A stretch of 33,630 nt of DNA, taken from the NCBI GenBank assembly GCA_050010515.1, contig JBEKKX010000026.1, positions 1 through 33,630 on the forward strand, in the 5' to 3' direction. The position numbers and the translations under genes were made by a program. Positions 26,506-33,630 of this stretch are shown in pieces. The stretch's first letter is position 1, and each line of letters starts with the position of its first letter. The notes under the pieces were generated by a model. The model was not told the DNA's origin. It was given only the letters and a program-made list of their open reading frames with translations, and searched no databases. Origin of the DNA: Candidatus Bathyarchaeia archaeon (GTDB taxonomy: Archaea; Thermoproteota; Bathyarchaeia; Bathyarchaeales; Bathycorpusculaceae).

Positions 26506-26750
26506 TCCAGCTTCCTGCCTTCTTCGCAATATTTGATAGCTTTTTCCAAGTCAATACTTGAGGTGTCAACGCCAGAATCTTTCAGCTTCTTGGCCAGTTT
26601 TTTCATTGGAACTGCTCCACCTTCAACTATTTCTAATCGGTAGACATAGCTTGCTATTGCTTTGCGGACGACTTCGCTCCACTTGACTTCCGAATGCCGC
26701 TTCATCTTATCGTATAATTCTTGAGGAATTGATATTGTTATGTCTACCAT
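26502..26750 (-). CDS. Ribbon-helix-helix (VapB/CopG-like) antitoxin, probably shortened by a TGG>TAG change
   Basis: ITISIPQELYDKMKRHSEVKWSEVVRKAI RHH pattern; frame continues KRLSTTQTN* past the TAG. Confidence 0.8.
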   Translation of the reverse strand: MVDITISIPQELYDKMKRHSEVKWSEVVRKAIASYVYRLEIVEGGAVPMKKLAKKLKDSGVDTSSIDLEKAIKYCEEGRKLE

Positions 26751-26810
26751 GTGCATAATTATTTGATTGCTCCATAATTAAATTATCCGATGGCTTTTCG
26801 AAAAAGAAAA

Positions 26811-27923
26811 TTATTTGTATGCGAGTGTTGAACACAATTCTTCTACTGTGCGGTTTAGCGTTAGTTCTGCCATGTTTTTGCTGTAGTCCATTATGCGTCT
26901 TGAACTGTCAAAAATTAAGCGCAACACTGAAGCCATGTTTGGGTCTAGCTTTTTGCTTGACATTAACATGATTAGCTCATTCTCGAGCGGAGTTAGGGAT
27001 TCGCGTTTTGAAATTAGTTTCTCTGCATCTTTGTATTCTCTTTTGAACAATGCTTTTATGGCGTCTTCGTATAGCTGGTGTGCTTGCGAGCTGAAATTGA
27101 CCAGTTGGTTGTATATTTCTTCGTCTATAGGGTCTTTTATGAAAAGTGTTTCATCATCGATTAATTTTTGCAGTGAACCCAAATTGTTTATGATATTCAT
27201 GGCATTTTCGCCAATGTTTTCAATGTCGTTTGCTGCTATGCGGTATAAGAGAAACTCTTTGGGTGTTCTAAAGCCGAGTTCTCGGTATAGGTTTCGTTCT
27301 ATGCCGTATTTTAGTTGGCGAACGATGTATAGTCCCAAGCGGTTTACGTCATTGTGAGAGTTGATTACGTTGTCAAATAAAGTGGTGCTTCTGTCTTTTA
27401 GGGTCGAGATGGCGTCTCTGTTTGCGGAGAGTGCTACGATAGCCATTCTTCTAACAGCTTTTTCAATGGGGAATTCTGACTGTTTTATTAGGATTTGCAG
27501 GGTAATTTCGTCTGATGTTTCATCGATTATTTCTGAACCAAGAAAGTTGTCTCTAGCCAGATTTTTTATTTCATTTTTGTATTTTACTGCGTCTTGAGTG
27601 TTTTTGAAGTGGACTCTTATTATGTCAGCGCCTATGGCATATAACGCGCGGATCATGCGCAGCGTGGATTGTGTAGGCTCTTTCGGGTCAACGTTAATGA
27701 AGTATTCTTTGAGTTTGGATGCGTTGTCTCTGCCTTCTTTTTCTTTGATTTTTCTTGGAACAAGCGTTAGTGTGGAGTCTGGTTGGATGTTGAATGCTAT
27801 TTCGCTGCCTCGTTTTAACTCTAGGTCTTGGACCCATGCTTTCGGTAGGGATATTATGTATGATCCTCTTCCTGTGCATTGGACTTTTCTATAGCCTAGG
27901 TCTTTTTCTGCCAAAAAGCTCAC
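26811..27923 (-). CDS. AbrB/MazE-domain + PhoU-domain regulator (archaeal phosphate-uptake-regulator family)
   Basis: RKVQ-x-TG-x-GSYIISLPK-x-W N-terminal AbrB fold; PhoU-like repeats (DIENIGENA, RRIMDYS-x-N-x-AE). Confidence 0.88.
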   Translation of the reverse strand: MSFLAEKDLGYRKVQCTGRGSYIISLPKAWVQDLELKRGSEIAFNIQPDSTLTLVPRKIKEKEGRDNASKLKEYFINVDPKEPTQSTLRMIRALYAIGADIIRVHFKNTQDAVKYKNEIKNLARDNFLGSEIIDETSDEITLQILIKQSEFPIEKAVRRMAIVALSANRDAISTLKDRSTTLFDNVINSHNDVNRLGLYIVRQLKYGIERNLYRELGFRTPKEFLLYRIAANDIENIGENAMNIINNLGSLQKLIDDETLFIKDPIDEEIYNQLVNFSSQAHQLYEDAIKALFKREYKDAEKLISKRESLTPLENELIMLMSSKKLDPNMASVLRLIFDSSRRIMDYSKNMAELTLNRTVEELCSTLAYK

Positions 27924-27950
27924 CTGATATATGTTTCATTTAGATAACAT

Positions 27951-27962
27951 AGTTCATGAACT
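27951..27962. promoter_or_regulatory. Perfect 12-bp palindrome in the divergent promoter region
   Basis: AGTTCATGAACT between the regulator start and TATA-like boxes (~27966-27973 on -, ~27989-27995 on +). Confidence 0.4.
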
Positions 27963-28189
27963 TGCATATAAATGATTATCAACAAAGTTATATAGAATAC
28001 ATGCTATTTCATTGGGCTAACACTAATAAAAAAAGGGTAAAAATGCCACTAAACACCTGCAAAGTAATAATGAGAAGTGCTAAACAATCAACCACAAGCA
28101 ATGGCGTCTCATGCACAAGCGACATTGAACTATACATTCTCATGCTCACTTGCCCACGCTAAACAAGAAATTTGATGAGGTTTAACTGT

Positions 28190-28633
28190 ATGAAAAAAAT
28201 AATCGCAAAGCAAGAAGTATGCATGGGCTGCGGACTATGCGAAGTTTACTGCATAGTCCAACATTCAAAATCAAAAGACATAATCAAAGCCTACAACAGC
28301 GAGCACCCCAAACCAATAAGCAGAGTAAGACTAGAAGTAAACAAGCCTGTCTCCTTCGCCATTCAATGCCGACACTGCGAAGACGCACCATGCGTAACCG
28401 CTTGCTTATCAGGCGCAATGCAAAAAGATGAAAAAACAGGTTTAGTGACCTATAACCAAGAGAAATGCATTGGCTGCTGGACCTGCATAATGGTTTGCCC
28501 ATACGGCGCCATAATAATGGATCAGCAAGGCAAAGTAGTTGCCAAATGTGATTTATGCCAAGACATCGAAGAGCCAGCATGCGTTGCTAACTGCCCCAAC
28601 CAAGCGTTGGTATTTAAAGAGGTGAAACCCTAA
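28190..28633 (+). CDS. 4Fe-4S multicluster electron-transfer subunit (CooF/DmsB-like)
   Basis: Sixteen Cys in CxxCxxCxxxC-type motifs; GAGG RBS before ATG 28190. Confidence 0.92.
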   Translation: MKKIIAKQEVCMGCGLCEVYCIVQHSKSKDIIKAYNSEHPKPISRVRLEVNKPVSFAIQCRHCEDAPCVTACLSGAMQKDEKTGLVTYNQEKCIGCWTCIMVCPYGAIIMDQQGKVVAKCDLCQDIEEPACVANCPNQALVFKEVKP

Positions 28634-29914
28634 ATGGCAAAGTACCTGATTGTTGGCGGTTCAGCAGCAGGCATAGGCGCAGTTGAAGCCATCCGAGAAG
28701 TAGACCAGACAGGAAGCATAACCATAATTTCTGAAGAGCCTTGCCCCCAGTACAGTCGTCCAATGATTAGCGATTTTGTCAGCGGCAAAGCAGATTTCCA
28801 TAAGATGAAGTGCCGAACCGACGACTTCTGGAAAGAAAACAACGTAGAAGCACTCACAGGCAAAAAAGCAACAGACCTAAACCTTACCGAGAAAACTGTC
28901 CAGCTGGAGAGCGGCGAAAAAGTTGCTTATGAAAAGTTGCTGCTTGCAACAGGCGGCAAACCCTTTGTTCCAAAGATGGAAGGCTCAGATAAGGATGGCG
29001 TATTCACCTTCACCACTATTAAGGATGCTCAACAGCTTACAGCCAAAATTGATAGCATAAACGCTAAGGCGGCGGTAGTTATAGGCGCAGGACTAATCGG
29101 CATAAGCGTAACTGAAGCGCTCATGAAGCGTGGCTTAAAAGTTACAATGGTTGAATTGCAAGAGAAAATTCTCAGCTTGCTTTTGGATGCGAAAGCATCT
29201 GACCTTGTGGAAGGCGTCGTTAAGAAAGCAGGCGTAGACATCGTAACTGGTCAGTCTGTACAGAAAATCTTGGGCAAACCAGGTAACGAAGGGGTAGTCG
29301 ATGGAGTAATCTTAACTAAGGGTAACCAAGTGCCCTGTGACCTTGTCATCGTAGCTATCGGTGTTGTTCCACGCACTGAACTGGTAACAGGAACAGCGGT
29401 GAAAACCAACAGGGGAATAGTAGTGGATAATATGATGCAGACAAATGTACCTGACGTTTACGCTAGCGGCGATGTGGCTGAAGCGTACGATTTCATCATG
29501 GACCAGAACCGCCTATTGCCCCTTTGGCCCCTCGCAGTCTTGGAAGGCCAAATTGCAGGGTATAACATGGCAGGCAAGATAACTACGTACATGGGCGGCA
29601 CAAACATGAGCAGCCTAAAGTACTTTGATATTCCCATCGTTTCCATAGGCTTAGCTAATCCTAAGGAAGACCCGTCGCTGGAAGTGCTCGTTCAAAATGA
29701 TGCTGAGCGCAATGTCTACAAGAAACTTGTCCTTAAAAACAACGTTATCGTAGGCTTGACGTTTGTAAACTGCATTGAACGTGCAGGCGTCTTCTTCTAT
29801 CTTATGAAGAATACGATAAACGTGAAAAAATTCAAGCAAAAACTCCTCTCAGACGACTTTGGCTTAGCAACACTGCCGGTTGGTTTGCAGAGAAAAATGT
29901 GTGTGGTGCAATAA
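28634..29914 (+). CDS. FAD-dependent NAD(P)H oxidoreductase (NirB N-terminal / rubredoxin-reductase-like)
   Basis: GGSAAG, YSRP, LLLATG, GAGLIG, YASGDVA. Confidence 0.92.
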   Translation: MAKYLIVGGSAAGIGAVEAIREVDQTGSITIISEEPCPQYSRPMISDFVSGKADFHKMKCRTDDFWKENNVEALTGKKATDLNLTEKTVQLESGEKVAYEKLLLATGGKPFVPKMEGSDKDGVFTFTTIKDAQQLTAKIDSINAKAAVVIGAGLIGISVTEALMKRGLKVTMVELQEKILSLLLDAKASDLVEGVVKKAGVDIVTGQSVQKILGKPGNEGVVDGVILTKGNQVPCDLVIVAIGVVPRTELVTGTAVKTNRGIVVDNMMQTNVPDVYASGDVAEAYDFIMDQNRLLPLWPLAVLEGQIAGYNMAGKITTYMGGTNMSSLKYFDIPIVSIGLANPKEDPSLEVLVQNDAERNVYKKLVLKNNVIVGLTFVNCIERAGVFFYLMKNTINVKKFKQKLLSDDFGLATLPVGLQRKMCVVQ

Positions 29915-29915
29915 A

Positions 29916-31076
29916 ATGAACCGTCAAGATAGAAAAATAATCAGTCCCTTCGGAGATGACAAGGATATCTCGGGCTGCGCCCTTTTCGGCATGATGAACA
30001 CAGAGGGCAAACGGTTTAGCTCAAAAGATCCAGTCCGTGCTGTAACGAACATGCATGACCGCGGTAACGGTTTAGGCGGCGGCTTCGCAGTTTACGGCAT
30101 ATACCCAGAGTTCAAAGACTACTACGCTTTCCACGTAATGTACCTAAGCAAAGACGCAAAAGAAAGAACCGACCACATACTCGCTTCTAGATTTGACATA
30201 ATCTACGACGAAGAAATGCAGACAAGACCCGCCAATGTCCATGACCCACCGTTAGTTTGGCGGTACTTTGTTCAACCTAAAAAACATCGACCTGAAGGCC
30301 AAACAGAAGAAGATTACGTGATAGAAGCCATCATGCACATTAACACTGAAACGGGAAAGGCATTTGTCTTCTCAAGCGGCAAAAACATGGGCGTATTCAA
30401 AGGCGTAGGCTTCCCAGAAGACGTCGCAGACTTCTTCTGCTTAGAAGACTACCAAGGATACCTTTGGACATGCCACAGCAGATTCCCCACAAACACTCCA
30501 GGCTGGTGGGGCGGAGCACACCCCTTCAACATTCTAGACTGGACAGTAGTGCATAACGGTGAACTCTCATCCTACGGCATTAACCGCCGCTACTTGGAAA
30601 TGTATGGTTACAAGTGCACCATGCAAACAGACACTGAAGTGTTGGCATACACGGTTGACTTGCTCATACGAAGACAGCACCTACCAATTGAGCTGGTTTC
30701 ACAAATCCTCGCTGCACCTTTATGGAGTGAAATAGACAGCATGGAACCCAAACAAGCGTTGCTTCTAAGAACGCTACGGCAAACTTACGGCAGCTTACTG
30801 ATGAATGGGCCATTCAGCATAATCGTTGCTCACCACGGCGAAATGATAGGTTTAACCGACAGAATAAAACTACGACCATTAGTAGCAGGCTCAAACGGCG
30901 ACTACCTATACTTATCGTCAGAGGAGTCAGCCATGCGTTTGGTTTCGCCAAATCTGGACAAGTTCTGGTGCCCAAGAGGCGGAGAACCAGTGATTTGCAG
31001 ACTAAAAAACAGCAACCCCAAAACCGCTGAAGTTTTAGCTGGAGGGAAAGTTAATGAAAACTTACGTGATTCCTGA
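29916..31076 (+). CDS. gltB1: Glutamate synthase glutamine amidotransferase (class II) subunit
   Basis: Propeptide then catalytic Cys21 (SG|CALFG), DRG, HSRFPTNT, AHPF, HNGE, TDTE, DRIKLRP. Confidence 0.9.
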   Translation: MNRQDRKIISPFGDDKDISGCALFGMMNTEGKRFSSKDPVRAVTNMHDRGNGLGGGFAVYGIYPEFKDYYAFHVMYLSKDAKERTDHILASRFDIIYDEEMQTRPANVHDPPLVWRYFVQPKKHRPEGQTEEDYVIEAIMHINTETGKAFVFSSGKNMGVFKGVGFPEDVADFFCLEDYQGYLWTCHSRFPTNTPGWWGGAHPFNILDWTVVHNGELSSYGINRRYLEMYGYKCTMQTDTEVLAYTVDLLIRRQHLPIELVSQILAAPLWSEIDSMEPKQALLLRTLRQTYGSLLMNGPFSIIVAHHGEMIGLTDRIKLRPLVAGSNGDYLYLSSEESAMRLVSPNLDKFWCPRGGEPVICRLKNSNPKTAEVLAGGKVNENLRDS

Positions 31077-32565
31077 ATATTTAGTTGAACGTGACCAAAA
31101 CCGCTGCATACGCTGCAAAGTATGCGTTAACCAATGCACATACGACACGCACTACTATGACGAAGAAACCGACAAGGTTTGCAGTAAGGAAGAGAACTGT
31201 GTTAACTGCCAACGCTGCGTAACCTTCTGCCCAACCCACGCTATCACCGTAAGAAAGAACCCGACCGCTAACCGAGACAACGCCAACTGGACAGTTGAAG
31301 CAATCCGAGACGTGCAAAAGGAAGCTGAAAGCGGCGCAGTAATCTTAACAGGCATGGGCTGTGACAAACCATACTACACTTACTGGGACCGACTGCTCCT
31401 AAACGCTAGCCAAGTGACCAACCCTTCAATCGACCCGCTACGTGAACCCATGGAGATCAGAACTTATCTGGGCGAAAAACCGGACAAGCTAGAACTGGAA
31501 ATGGAAAACGGCGAAACAGTACTAAAGACCCAGCTTACTCCGCAACTTTGCCTTGACGTTCCAGTAATGTTCTCAGCAATGTCCTACGGCGCCGTAAGCT
31601 TAAACGTACATGAATCCTTAGCCAGAGCAGCCACCGAATGCGGAACATACTTCAACACTGGCGAAGGCGGCTTAGACAAAAGCTTATACAAGTACGGCGC
31701 TCACGCCATTGTCCAAGTTGCATCCGGACGGTTCGGTGTGCATCCCAAATACCTAGATGTGGGTGCGGCTGTAGAAATCAAAATAGGTCAAGGAGCAAAA
31801 CCTGGTATAGGCGGACACTTGCCAGGCGAAAAAGTAACTAAAGATGTAGCCAAAACACGCATGATACCGATAGGCACAGACGCGCTTTCGCCTTATCCGC
31901 AACATGACATCTACTCAATTGAGGACCTTCGGCAGTTAATTTACGCGCTTAAAGAAGCCACAAACTACAGTAAGCCTATCTCAGTGAAAATCGCAGCTGT
32001 TCACAACGCAGCTGCAATCGCCAGCGGTATGGTGCGGGCTGGAGCAGACATAATAGCTCTCGACGGTGTCAGAGGCGCAACTGGCGCAGCGCCCAAAGTC
32101 ATCAGAGACAACGTAGGCATACCCATCGAGTTAGCCATTGCACAAGTAGACCAGCGGCTCAGAGAAGAAGGCATCAGAAATAAGGCTTCTGTCGTCGCGG
32201 CTGGCGGCATTAGAAGCAGCGCTGATGTGGTTAAGGCTATAGCGTTAGGAGCGGATGCCGTGTACATTGCAACTGCCGCTTTGATAGCTATGGGCTGCAC
32301 TGTTTGTCAACGTTGCTACACTGGCAAATGCCCATGGGGTATTGCGACATGCGACCCGTGGATTAGCAAACGCATCAACCCTGACATTGCTGCTAAGCGA
32401 TTAGTCAACTTGCTTCAAAGCTGGAGTTTAGAGATTAAAGATATGATGGGCGGCATGGGTATAAACGCCATAGAAAGCTTGCGAGGCAACCGACTTGCAC
32501 TTAGAGGTGTCGGCTTAACGAGGACTGAGTTAAATATTCTAGGCGTAAAAATGGCAGGACAGTAA
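31054..32565 (+). CDS. gltB2: Glutamate synthase FMN-binding subunit with N-terminal 2[4Fe-4S] ferredoxin
   Basis: AMSYGA, NTGEGG, QVASGRFGV, EIKIGQGAKPGIGGHLPGEKV, HDIYSIEDL, CTVCQRCYTGKCPWG. Confidence 0.96.
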   Translation: MKTYVIPEYLVERDQNRCIRCKVCVNQCTYDTHYYDEETDKVCSKEENCVNCQRCVTFCPTHAITVRKNPTANRDNANWTVEAIRDVQKEAESGAVILTGMGCDKPYYTYWDRLLLNASQVTNPSIDPLREPMEIRTYLGEKPDKLELEMENGETVLKTQLTPQLCLDVPVMFSAMSYGAVSLNVHESLARAATECGTYFNTGEGGLDKSLYKYGAHAIVQVASGRFGVHPKYLDVGAAVEIKIGQGAKPGIGGHLPGEKVTKDVAKTRMIPIGTDALSPYPQHDIYSIEDLRQLIYALKEATNYSKPISVKIAAVHNAAAIASGMVRAGADIIALDGVRGATGAAPKVIRDNVGIPIELAIAQVDQRLREEGIRNKASVVAAGGIRSSADVVKAIALGADAVYIATAALIAMGCTVCQRCYTGKCPWGIATCDPWISKRINPDIAAKRLVNLLQSWSLEIKDMMGGMGINAIESLRGNRLALRGVGLTRTELNILGVKMAGQ

Positions 32566-32569
32566 ATGT

Positions 32570-33370
32570 ATGATTGAACAAAAAACGATTGTGGAAATCG
32601 ACGCGAAATTTCTTCCGCGAATAATAAAAGAAGGCAATGTGCTGAAGATCGATGCAGAGGGACTGCACTATAAAGAATTAAACTGCTTGCTGAGACAGGC
32701 AATCTGCGGTGACGCTGAAAGAATAGAAGTGCACAATGTCTGCGGGCAACGATACATTGGCACTGACCTGGACACAAACATCCAAATTGACGTTTACGGA
32801 ACGCCGGGAAACGACCTTGGCGCCTTCATGAATGGACCCAAATTGGTGATACATGGCAACGCACAGGACGGCTGTGGCAACACAATGAATGAAGGACAAA
32901 TAATCATAAATGGCCACGCTGGAGACGTAACTGGGCACTCGATGCGGGGTGGAAAAATCTTCGTCCGAGACTATGTTGGCTACAGAGTTGGCATCCACAT
33001 GAAAGAGTACCAACGCTATTTCCCCCAAATAGTCATAGGACAAACGGCAGGCGACTTTCTGGCTGAGTACATGGCAGGCGGAATAATCCTCATCTTAGGC
33101 TTGAACCTGAAAGAAGGCGAACGCTGCAGAGCAAGGTTTGTTGGCACGGGAATGCATGGCGGCGTAATCTACGAGCGAGGCGAAATTCTTGAACCCGTCA
33201 ATGGAACCAAAATAATGGCGGTTGGCAAGAGAGATACCCAAACAATTGAAGGCTTAGTCAAGCAATACGCCAGCCACTTCGGCACTGACCCCAAAGAAAT
33301 CATGAGCGCTAAATTCAAGAAAATACTGCCCGTATCAAAAAGACCGTATGAGAAGCTTTATTCTCATTAA
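32570..33370 (+). CDS. gltB3: Glutamate synthase GXGXG beta-helix subunit
   Basis: GQRYIG, GNDLGAFM, EYMAGG, GTGMHGG. Confidence 0.92.
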   Translation: MIEQKTIVEIDAKFLPRIIKEGNVLKIDAEGLHYKELNCLLRQAICGDAERIEVHNVCGQRYIGTDLDTNIQIDVYGTPGNDLGAFMNGPKLVIHGNAQDGCGNTMNEGQIIINGHAGDVTGHSMRGGKIFVRDYVGYRVGIHMKEYQRYFPQIVIGQTAGDFLAEYMAGGIILILGLNLKEGERCRARFVGTGMHGGVIYERGEILEPVNGTKIMAVGKRDTQTIEGLVKQYASHFGTDPKEIMSAKFKKILPVSKRPYEKLYSH

Positions 33371-33509
33371 TTTTTCACATTTTTGTTAAAAACAATGATG
33401 TAGTTTTTCACTTGTTTTTGAGCTGGAAGCATTTATGAAAGGACGGCTACCGGAGATCATTTCCCGTATTTTTCTAGTCATAACGTTTGTTTGTCAAGAA
33501 ATCTTGACT

Positions 33510-33630
33510 TGTTCTATCTAGAAATAGCCTTACACTTTCTCTTTGAGGTATATTTCCGCTGGAGTTAAATAGTCTATTCCTTCATGAGGCCTTACGTAAT
33601 TGTAGTAGCGTATGAAGCTCCAATGCTCCT
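33510..33630 (-). mobile_element. 3' end of an IS481-like insertion sequence (partial)
   Basis: Minus-strand 33628-33530 encodes EHWSFIRYYNYVRPHEGIDYLTPAEIYLKEKV* (YN-x2-RPH-x6-TP integrase-core tail); candidate terminal IR TGTTCTATCTAGAAATAGCCTTACA (33510-33534) contains the stop codon. Confidence 0.8.

Noticed and set aside
25119-26750. Integrated element at tRNA-Glu
   Set aside because: No duplicate of the tRNA-Glu 3' end and no integrase seen in the window
27956-28162. 68-aa ORF as a leader peptide of the glutamate synthase operon
   Set aside because: Starts upstream of the likely TATA box and has no Glu/Gln codon run or known motif
526-33043. Numerous short antisense or out-of-frame ORFs in the track
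   Set aside because: Shadow ORFs nested in well-supported genes

Overview
Archaeal chromosomal window, probably TACK/Bathyarchaeia-like. This is inferred from a tRNA-Glu with a non-canonical D-loop BHB intron, an archaeal-type split glutamate synthase, Dph6, a single-OB-fold SSB and an AbrB-PhoU regulator. The left part (~1.5-8 kb) is an accessory mosaic. Small cargo blocks (acyltransferase, pilin-signal GIN protein, double-Lrp regulator with ABC exporter) and two gene stumps are separated by up to six same-orientation tRNA-3'-end-like remnants and a second ~55-bp repeat family, with no integrase in the window. The middle is housekeeping and transport: mgsA, SSB-like OB protein, MarR-ABC exporter, P3A H+-ATPase, MscS, glyA, serA, dph6 with a GATase, and a LonC-like protease. 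Around the tRNA-Glu(CTC) are an unexplained ~130-nt G-U-rich rod hairpin directly upstream of a Vsr/DUF559-like nuclease, a HepT/MntA toxin-antitoxin pair and a decayed vapBC pair. The right end holds a five-gene glutamate synthase operon and the 3' end of an IS481-like element. All calls come from reading motifs by eye; no database searches were run.
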